Origin: Eledone cirrhosa
Taxonomy: Eukaryota
Reading direction: 5' to 3'
Assembly: GCA_964016885.1 (NCBI GenBank)
Contig: OZ024756.1
Location: 23,312,001 to 23,376,000 of the forward strand
DNA length: 64,000 nucleotides
Position numbers and translations under genes: made by a program. Shown piece after piece: positions 55,200-64,000 of the stretch (the first letter of the stretch is position 1; each line of letters begins with the position of its first letter). The notes below the pieces were generated by a model that saw nothing but the letters and a program-made list of their open reading frames with translations, searched no databases and had not been told where the DNA came from.

Positions 55200-55575
55200 C
55201 CCTTCCTATTAAAACAACATATACTGTTTAATATCGAATGAATAGAAGGAAACATGCACACACATGTACACCTGGTCCGAACACAGAGGAGCCGAATTCC
55301 CACTGTCATCTCCCCCGTCTCTCTCACCCTCCCCATCTCTCACTATTATGAGCAAATGGGGTCCCACGCGCTGGTTGCCCCGCGGCTCCGGCGGACAGAA
55401 TAGAGAAGGCATTTCTGCGGAGGATGGTGAGGGAAATGCGCTGGAAGAGCCATTCCATCTCGCGAGGCTCACACCTGCGGTTAGCCAACTCAGCACCTAT
55501 GGTGGTGAGTAGGGAGGTAGCCCTAGGGCCAAGGACACCAGAAGTCTCCACTGCAAGGGGGTCGACTGCAAACCT
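55200..55575 (-). mobile_element. CRE-clade (REL) non-LTR retrotransposon 3' end
   Basis: PLAVETSGVLGPRATSLLTTIGAELANRRCEPREMEWLFQRISLTILRRNAFSIL matches the ET.G..G..A...L.QRIS.AI.RGNA C-terminus of CRE-type ORFs. Confidence 0.78.
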
Positions 55576-55689
55576 GTGGGAGAGCGACTGATATTTAGTG
55601 TTAAAATTGCATTAGTAAAAATATTTACTTCTTCTTATTATTCTTCATCACCTTCTTCTTCTGCCTCATCGTCCTCTCCTAATGAACCA

Positions 55690-56010
55690 GTTGCTACATG
55701 TCTCACCAAAGCCAACTTAACCCCCTACACCTTCCCCCACAGTATTTAATAATAATGAAATTATTGTGTAAAGTGCTCAGGTGCACTACAACTCGTCAAT
55801 ATAGTACATAGAATAATACACAAATGTCAGGGAAGTACATGTGTGTATGTGTTAGCTGTTCTGTTGGCGGATCTCGGGAAGCATGGAGGCCTTAAAGGAT
55901 GCAGTGTCTCGACAGCTAACAACTGATGCAGGTAGTTTGTTCCATGCTTCAGCAACTCTGAGCGTGAAAAAATGTTTCCGAAAGTCATGGGAACTGTGCT
56001 GTTTTCTTAC
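55690..56010 (-). mobile_element. CR1-group LINE 3' end
   Basis: RKHFFTLRVAEAWNKLPASVVSC..ASFK, a typical CR1/L2-group ORF2 C-terminus, plus 3' UTR. Confidence 0.8.
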
Positions 56011-56054
56011 TTTGTTTTTTTTCTGCGGGTTCAACTGAAATTAGTTATATAGTT

Positions 56055-56420
56055 GTGATTTCTCAACTCGGAGAAGTAGCGGCTCTACTTGGAGTGACTC
56101 CGATCTCCGAGCTATGCACTCTATCGAGTAACGTTACTCCAAAGATCCTTCGACGGAACCTTATTTCAGCCGATTGTATTCTTTCGGTCATTAATCAAGA
56201 TTCCTGACATAGGGTTTGGCACGAATACCGATTTGAAGATAACGAGTTTGGCTTTTACACCTTCCTCTTTTGATTACTGAATGTTGCAGCTGGCACATTA
56301 CTGCACCAGCTCCTGCAATTCTTGCACTTAATTCAGCCTCCTGCCTTCTATCACTCGTAAATATAGCCCCCGAGATACTTCAGTGGAACTCTATTCACAT
56401 GTAGAGTGCACTGAAGTCTG
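56055..56420 (-). mobile_element. Rex3/Expander-like RTE fragment
   Basis: Homologous to 50630-50995 (LQCTLHVNRVPLKYLG). Confidence 0.8.
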
Positions 56421-56559
56421 AGAGCCTCGACTGCTGTGGAAGTCAGCCTCCAGATGAGATAACAAATCCTTTTCAAGTTCGAAAACTGGAATGTCAGCCT
56501 CATCACCTCGGCCACATATCTGGACATTGCCGCACATAATGTTGAGGAACGAAAAATAA

Positions 56560-57136
56560 GGGTTTCTGATTTAGGCACAAGACCAGTAATTTTTTTTTTT
56601 TTTTTTTTTTTGTATGTGTTGAGGGTGAGAAAGTAGATTAAGTTAACCCCTTAGTATGTTACTGTTACTTTATTTTATCGGCTCCGTAGGAATATAAAGC
56701 AAAGCTAACCTCAGCAGGAATTGAACTCAGAACATAAAGCGCCGTGATTATATGCCGCAAAACATGTCCGGCGCTCTGCCGTTATTGACAATCCACCATG
56801 CAAGAACGGAAAATAATTGTTTCTACTTTTGGCACAAGGCCAGCAATTACCCAGTACATTACTGGTACTTTATTTTATCGACCCCCGTAAGGATGAAAGG
56901 CAAAGTTAACCTTGGAGGGATTTGAACTCAGTATTATCGGCACAGCAATTTGGGTGAAGGGAAAGTCGATGAAATCGGCCTAGTGCATTACTGGTACTTT
57001 ATTTTATACTTACCCCGTAAGGATGAAAGGCAATGCTAACCTCAGCGAAATTTGAACTCAGAACGTAAAGGGCCGTAAATCAATGCCGCAAAGTATGTTG
57101 TCTGATGTTCTACCGATTCTGCCAATCCACCGCCCT
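56560..57136 (-). mobile_element. Cluster of three S2 SINE copies in the same orientation
   Basis: 56560-56800, 56810-56930 and 56940-57136. Confidence 0.85.
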
Positions 57137-57437
57137 ATTTTCCACGGAAAATAATTTTAAAAATAACAGGATTTGATTGATCGCTTGCTTTTTTATTTAT
57201 TATAATTCTTTTTTCTTTTCTTTTTTTGCAGATTGCCGGTGCGATGTTCTCGAGTCCCCGGATTGTCGTTTTCCTCCAGAAAATTAGGAAGAGTGCATCT
57301 TATCTATTAGCAGTGCTGGACTTACTTATAAGCTAAATAAGCTATAGCTAGGGTCACACACCATCGGGGGCCTCATTTTTTAATATATATATTTTTAATT
57401 TAATCATTAGCTTTTATTCTTTAACATTAAATCATCA

Positions 57438-57513
<76 letters not shown>

Positions 57514-57539
57514 TGCAATTTTACTGACAACACTCTTAT

Positions 57540-58058
57540 ATGGCTCAGAGTCATGGACACTTTACCGCACTCACATATATAAACTAGAAGTCTTCCACAA
57601 ATGCTGTCTTCGCTCTGTCTGTAGATATGCACTTTCTGAGTCTCCAATGAAAGGTGAAATATTGGTGGAATAGAATAATTTCTGATGCAATTCCAACTCA
57701 GATGGGCTGGCCATGCCCTACGGTGTCTGAGGACCACACCTCACCTAAGGTACAGTCAGCGCCAGGATGGTGTGCATAATGTGGGCAGGCCACTACTCCG
57801 ATATAAGAACAAACTGAATTACAATTAAAGTCTGTCAACGTACCTCTTTCTTCGTTTGAAGCCATAACTGCCAGCCGTAAAAGATGGAGAACCGTCTGCC
57901 ACAAAAGTATAAAGAACTTTGAGAAATCTCGTTTACCTCTGTGAGATAAGATCTGACACCAGAGTCCAGTCGGGCAGCCCAGCCTGTTCTGTTTAAGATC
58001 GTGTCACTTGCACCAAATGCGGATTTGTGTGTAAATCAGCAGTTGGATTGAAGTGCCA
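57540..58058 (+). mobile_element. RTE/BovB-like LINE 3' fragment
   Basis: FHKCCLRSV, QLRWAGHALR, GRPLLRYKNKL, RKRWRTVCHKSIKNFE and CTKCGFVCKSAVGLKCH. Confidence 0.82.
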
Positions 58059-58272
58059 TATATATATATATAATATATAAGATCAAAAGATGGTTAAATT
58101 ATGTATACTCCAGTCCTACAAACTGTAGAGTGCTTCTTATCCGATATCTGCATTGCTTTATTGTACTACAATAAAACTCACCTCCTACATATATATATAT
58201 ATATATATAAAATACGTATTTAAGCAAACTTTAAAATACTTTAAAATACGTATTTAAGCAAACTTTAACACC

Positions 58273-58339
<67 letters not shown>

Positions 58340-58343
58340 ATGA

Positions 58344-58457
58344 TGATGAGGGCGCTGAATATTGTATAGATTGTCACTGTACGACCAGGATCGGTAATCA
58401 TTTACTCCGTGTGCAAATTAATCTGTTGGCTTCCGAAACAAGTTGTCAGCCAATAAA
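58344..58457 (+). ncRNA. 5'-truncated hammerhead motif with long stem II loop
   Basis: TGATGA-GGGCGCTGA...TTGGCTTCC-GAAA-CAAGTTG-TC-AGCC-AATAAA. The 5' strand of stem I is replaced by microsatellite. Confidence 0.6.
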
Positions 58458-58683
58458 TATAAATATACATATTCAACATTCTTTTGTTGTTTTCTCAGAC
58501 ATGTAATACACGTTTTTTGCTCTGCATATAATAATTTTGCTAGACATAATTTCGACGAATTTCTCACCTTTGTCGCCTGTTTTGCTAATTTTACGCATCG
58601 AGCATATTAACCCTCTTTCTTCTGGCTTTTAATTTTCTTAACTAATCACTTTCCTCTCCTTTTTTGATTGGTTTGCTTGCTTA

Positions 58684-58728
<45 letters not shown>

Positions 58729-58807
58729 GAGAGAGAGAGAGAGAGATATATATAACCGACGTGGTATTTCAACCCTTGTAATTTTAAACACAATTTACTG
58801 TGTTTAC

Positions 58808-58888
<81 letters not shown>

Positions 58889-58923
58889 TATAAGTATTAA
58901 TAAAATAGATGTTCTTTTGATCA

Positions 58924-58986
58924 ATTACATTTTATTATACATATTTCAGATGTACAAGAGTACGTCCTCATCAGACAAAATATAAT
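58924..58986 (-). ncRNA. Type I hammerhead ribozyme, family A (left arm of palindrome)
   Basis: ATTATATTTTGT-CTGATGA-GGACGTAC TCTT GTACATCT-GAAA-TATGTA-TA-ATAAAATGTAAT. Confidence 0.85.
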
Positions 58987-59157
58987 GATACATGACATAC
59001 CCTGAGATGTTAAATGGTTAAGATTTAATCAAGGTGTACGTCCTCATCAGACAAAATATAATGATACATGACATACCTGAGATGTTAAATGGTTAAGATT
59101 TAATCAAGGTACCTTGATTAAATCTTAACCATTTAACATCTCAGGGTGTCATGTATC

Positions 59158-59220
59158 ATTATATTTTGTCTGATGAGGACGTACTGTTGTACATCTGAAA
59201 TACGTATAATAAAATGTAAT
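59158..59220 (+). ncRNA. Type I hammerhead ribozyme, family A (right arm of palindrome)
   Basis: 12-bp stem I (2 G-U), CTGATGA at 59170-59176, stem II at 59177-59196, GAAA at 59197-59200 and palindromic stem III ATACGTAT. Predicted cleavage after A59208. Confidence 0.88.
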
Positions 59221-59552
59221 TGATCAAAAGAACATCTATTTTATTAATACTTATATTTTAATACTAATAACTCCAGAAAATTATTTACCGTTGAGTGCTT
59301 CTAATCTACTGTAAAACTCATTCTTTGACATAATCATTGAATATTGTTTAACACTTTAATATATATATATATATATATATATATGGATTGTAACGTCCAG
59401 TTACTGTAGGTTCACCAGAGTAACCACTCGATGCGTAGTTTCTATTGGTGTTGTACTCAGCAGAGTGTAATACTACTAATAATTGTTTCTAGTTTAGGCA
59501 CAAGGCCAGCAATTACCCAGTGCATTACTGGTACTTTGTTTTATCGACCCCG

Positions 59553-59668
59553 TAATAATAAAAAGGACGAAGTGTTAGATCTTCATTACGTTAGCTGATC
59601 AATCGCGAAACACGCGTCCACATCAATAAACGTAATGAAGATCTAACACTTCGTCCTTTTTATTATTA
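59553..59668. repeat. Perfect 40-bp inverted repeat enclosing a hammerhead 3' half
   Basis: Arms 59553-59592 and 59629-59668. The spacer has CGAAACACGCGTC then AATAAA. Confidence 0.85.
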
Positions 59669-59671
59669 GTA

Positions 59672-59726
<55 letters not shown>

Positions 59727-59729
<3 letters not shown>

Positions 59730-59922
59730 AAGAGGGTGTGGTAAGATACCAGGTGGACTATAACGCACAAGAGTACTCAATACTTATGGTAGTAGAGTGG
59801 GTAATAGGAAAAGAGTCAGGACTCCGACGGCTGAGCTCCAGCCGTTTCGACAGCTAGATCCGGAATACGGATCTATCGAAACGGCCGGAACTCAGCCGTC
59901 GGGGTCCTGACTCTTTTCCTAT
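59727..59922 (-). mobile_element. Family B hammerhead element folded back at stem II
   Basis: Palindrome 59804-59922. The minus strand reads GCTGTC-GAAA-CGGCTG GAGCT CAGCCG-TC-GGAGT. Flanked by (TA)n. Confidence 0.78.
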
Positions 59923-60474
59923 ATATATATATGGTAAATTTCTTTAAGTCGTTTGGAAGCCTCGACAATGCAAATGGGTAAATCTCCGAATAACAAGATC
60001 CGGTGGTGGAGAGAGAGATGTAAGTGGGTGTACGTTGAGATGCGTGGAGTGTATAAGACGTGTAGAGGAATGAAGGAAAGAGCATAAAGGATAAAATAAA
60101 AATAACAACACGAGAGAGAGTTACCTTGGGAGAGATTTAATTGTCCCTATATATTTCGGATTCACATCTATCAACTGGGGCTTTTTTCCGGGGTGGGGGA
60201 AAGGTTGTCTGTCGGAAAGGTGCGAAACGCGTCCTCCGCTGTTCGTTGTTTTGAATATATATATATTTATACGTCCCACCCCTACACACATACATATACA
60301 TATACATACACATGGAAACTGCGAAGCTCAGCCAACGGGCACTAACTATTTACAGAACTTTCCCAAGTATCAAGTATTGAGCAGAACATGGTCTTTACTG
60401 TCTAAACAGGTAACTCACGATCTATACATACACACACATATATTTATACATGCCCGCATGTAGTTGACGGACGA

Positions 60475-60624
60475 GAGCAAAGAGTACTCAATACCGAGGT
60501 AGAGTTTAAATATTCATTTATTATGGTTAAATAGTGAGTCTTGTTACTCTGGAGTTTCACCTGCGCACATACACGGTCGCCAGACGATCCTGTAAGTGAG
60601 CAGGTGAAGCTGCTCGGTAACAAG
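60475..60624 (-). mobile_element. Hammerhead-half element folded back at stem II
   Basis: Minus strand GAAA-CTC CA GAG-TA-ACAAG..AATAAA..bulged stem. Imperfect arms at 60540-60573 and 60592-60624. Confidence 0.65.
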
Positions 60625-60658
60625 CCAAATAAAGGAATACATACAGGTAGATAGATAA

Positions 60659-60733
<75 letters not shown>

Positions 60734-62456
60734 TAGATAGGTAGGTAGATAGATATAGATAAACAACAGAATTCTGCAGATTTCACCAATAAAATTCCAC
60801 TTACAAGGCATTGCTCAAACCAAGACTTTTCGTAGAAGAAACTTGCCCAAGGTATCACGCAGTGGAATAGAACCCGAAACCATGTGGTTGTATGGCGAAT
60901 TCTTTAACTACACAACCATAACAATACCTGCTGATTCCTTCTGTCACTATACGAAGTGTCTCCTTTGAATCATGTTATCTGGTGGGAATAAAATCATTGA
61001 TGTTTGTTGTCACCTGGATTAGGGTTTCTCAATTGCAATATCAAGGCGGTCGATTGGCTGAATCAGTAGTGCGTCGGACAACATGTTTTATGGCATAGTG
61101 TTACGCTCTTTTACGATCTGAGTTGAAATCCCACCAAGGTCAGCTTTGCTTTTCATCCGTACAAGGTCGATAGAATAAAGTACCAGTAATGCACTGGAGT
61201 CGATTTCGTCGACTTTCCCCTCCCCACAAAAATTGTTGGCCTGTGTCTAAATCAGAAATCAATATCAGAGATAAAATAAACAAAAAAGCAGCAGTATATA
61301 CAGGGAAGGAAAGAAAAATTAAGAATTTATTTTCAAGGGAAGTAACTCTGTAAATAAGGTTTCATTTGAGAATTTATTTCCCTTATGCCATATATTTTTT
61401 ACTGATTAGTGATTAGCTGTTATGTATGTGTGTATGTGTGTGTGTCTTTTGCGTGATTGTGTGAATCTGTGATTTGTTGTGTGAGACCCAGGTTATATTA
61501 TACGAGTCAGACCTTGTGTGTGTGTGTGTGCCGACATTGTGTGTGTGTGCGCGCGTTTTTACATGTATGTTTATAATTATGTTTGTATACGTGTCTGTTT
61601 TTTTTTCTCTATTCTTCCTTCTTACTCTTTCTACGCCCCAATATCCCCCCTCTTCTTTGTCAGCACGTCGGATTAAAAAGGGTAAAGACCCCCCCCCCCC
61701 TTCGGTCACGAATGACCATGGGATTTTCACCTAGATAGTTTCCCTCCAAGGTACAAGTCCGGGCAAGGTTGTTTGTGGAAGATCAGTAGTCCCCCATATA
61801 TACCAGCTTCCTTTCTCCACGCCACCGATGTTGTCCAAGGGAAAGGCAATGGCCGATACAGCTTGGCACCAGTGACGTCATAAGACATATACACACTGTA
61901 TATAGACTATATATACACACTATATATATCCTATATATACACTATCTATGATGATATCCAAGGGAAAGGCTATGGCCGATATAGCTTGGCATCAGTGACG
62001 TCTCAACTCATTTCTACAGCTGAGTGAACTGGAACGATGTGAAATAAAGTGTCTTGCTCAAAGAATCGAACTCTCAATCTTACGATTGCAAGCTCAATGC
62101 TCTAACCCCTAAGCTATGCACCTTCACTTCGGATTACAGTCCTTATTATTCTCTTGTTTTACTATTTCTCTCCTTTCTATATATTTTCTCCTTTGGCTAA
62201 GTCCTCACGCACTGTCCTCTCATCTTTTTCAGTTGACTTCTTTTTCTTCTATATTTGTGTAACTCGCCAAAACGCATAATTTGTCTCTACCTGTTTTGTT
62301 ACATCTCAATGTGCACTGGAATAAATGGTATCAATCTAAATAACCGAAACCCTAGTGATTTCAGAGGTTGACTGAGGACATGGGACTGTCCGTCCTTCCG
62401 TTGTCTTTCCATTGTCTTTGTCCTGTGCACCCCCTTATTTGAATACACACAAATAA

Positions 62457-62577
<121 letters not shown>

Positions 62578-62601
62578 CATATACATATGTATATATATAT
62601 A

Positions 62602-62768
62602 CTGCATTTCCCGGCGTCGAAGACGCTACTTTTTCCCTAAAATAAGTCTAGAAAAATCTACCATGCGTCCTGGAGGCCGAAGGTTGTTTATTATTATTTT
62701 TCAAATTTTTGGTTCTCAAAATTAGGGTGCGTCCTCGAGGGCGAAGCGGCTTCGGCACCGGGAAATAC

Positions 62769-62770
<2 letters not shown>
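62602..62770. mobile_element. Tc1/mariner (Tc2/pogo-like) MITE in (TA)n
   Basis: TIRs CTGCATTTCCCGGCGTCGAAG / CTTCGGCACCGGGAAATACGG, TA flanks. Confidence 0.8.
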
Positions 62771-62865
<95 letters not shown>

Positions 62866-63142
62866 AGGAGGAAGAGAAGGAGTAGGAGGAAGACACCACT
62901 GCCATCTATTGTCCTTCTTTCCCAGACAATTGTGTGGTAATTGATGGTGGTTGATATAAGGTTCAGCCGAGGTGTTTCCTACAAAACAACTCATGTAATG
63001 TAATGTGTATCTAAGATGTATAAATATATGTAAATATATATCTAAATAATAAATATGATTTTAACCTTGCATGTTTTTATAAGAGACGACAGGAAATACG
63101 TCGACATTCTATAAGTCTGTTTCCACCTCAGCGACTCACCAG

Positions 63143-63708
63143 ATCGTAGTTTATCATGGTTTCTTTGACTTTAGTTAAAGAGTTGGGTTCGCAATCGTAG
63201 TTTATCATGGTTTCTTTGACTTTAGTTAAAGAGTTGGGTTCGCAATCGTAGTTTATCATGGTTTCTTTGACTTTAGTTAAAGAGTTGGGTTCGCAATCGT
63301 AGTTTATCATGGTTTCTTTGACTTTAGTTAAAGAGTTGGGTTCGCAATCGTAGTTTATCATGGTTTCTTTGACTTTAGTTAAAGAGTTGGGTTCGCAATC
63401 GTAGTTTATCATGGTTTCTTTGACTTTAGTTAAAGAGTTGGGTTCGCAATCGTAGTTTATCATGGTTTCTTTGACTTTAGTTAAAGAGTTGGGTTCGCAA
63501 TCGTAGTTTATCATGGTTTCTTTGACTTTAGTTAAAGAGTTGGGTTCGCAATCGTAGTTTATCATGGTTTCTTTGACTTTAGTTAAAGAGTTGGGTTCGC
63601 AATCGTAGTTTATCATGGTTTCTTTGACTTTAGTTAAAGAGTTGGGTTCGCAATCGTAGTTTATCATGGTTTCTTTGACTTTAGTTAAAGAGTTGGGTTC
63701 GCAATCGT
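63143..63708. repeat. 51-bp satellite, 11 identical copies, running into an S1 SINE head
   Basis: Unit ATCGTAGTTTATCATGGTTTCTTTGACTTTAGTTAAAGAGTTGGGTTCGCA. The last unit continues ATCGTGAGGTTGCGACTTCAATTCCCGGACC. Confidence 0.97.
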
Positions 63709-64000
63709 GAGGTTGCGACTTCAATTCCCGGACCATGGAATGCGTTACATCCTCGTTATATCCTTTATTAATATGTATTATATCCTCGATTAATGGTATA
63801 TTACGGACCTGTGTAACTCTTGAGGGAGTCGTAGGGGCGTCATATTGACATATGGCGTTTCTGTGGCAATTTTGAAACCTGGTGGAACCCATCTCCTCTC
63901 CAGGTCTGAATACAAAATATTTTTTCCTGAGATGGATAGAAAGTGACAGAAAGGAAGTGAAAAAGAGATATAGAGGAAGAATCAACCCCATGTACTGGAC

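Noticed and set aside
57205-57330. Strong + strand splice acceptor at 57230
   Set aside because: No convincing downstream donor or reading frame; cannot support an exon.
60223-60233. CGAAACGCGTC minimal hammerhead stem III
   Set aside because: No CUGANGA or stem I partner upstream.
63128-63991. 287-aa ORF with 17-aa repeats
   Set aside because: Product of the 51-bp satellite plus SINE sequence; no synonymous variation among units.

Overview
Eukaryotic, AT- and microsatellite-rich DNA whose repeat content (tRNA-derived SINEs, RTE LINEs with (GAT)n tails, single-coding-exon C2H2 genes) suggests an octopus or other coleoid genome; this assignment is an inference. Two convergent C2H2 zinc-finger genes (35400-37610 +, 48925-49926 -) and one orphan ORF (9944-10591 -) are the only credible host genes. 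The rest is SINEs, RTE/CR1/CRE LINE fragments, hAT/piggyBac-like/Tc1-mariner MITEs, a Helentron-like dimer and several satellites that grew out of SINE/LINE parts. The most notable signal is a set of short elements inserted in (TA)n tracts. They belong to several sequence-dissimilar families, carry complete or partial type I hammerhead ribozymes (Penelope-like/retrozyme architecture) and are often folded back as palindromes. They also share a covarying bulged stem (RCUC-stem-loop-stem-UH-GAGY, 13 instances read by eye) downstream of the ribozyme. Most ORFs in the supplied track are microsatellite artefacts. All structures were paired by hand and no database search was run.
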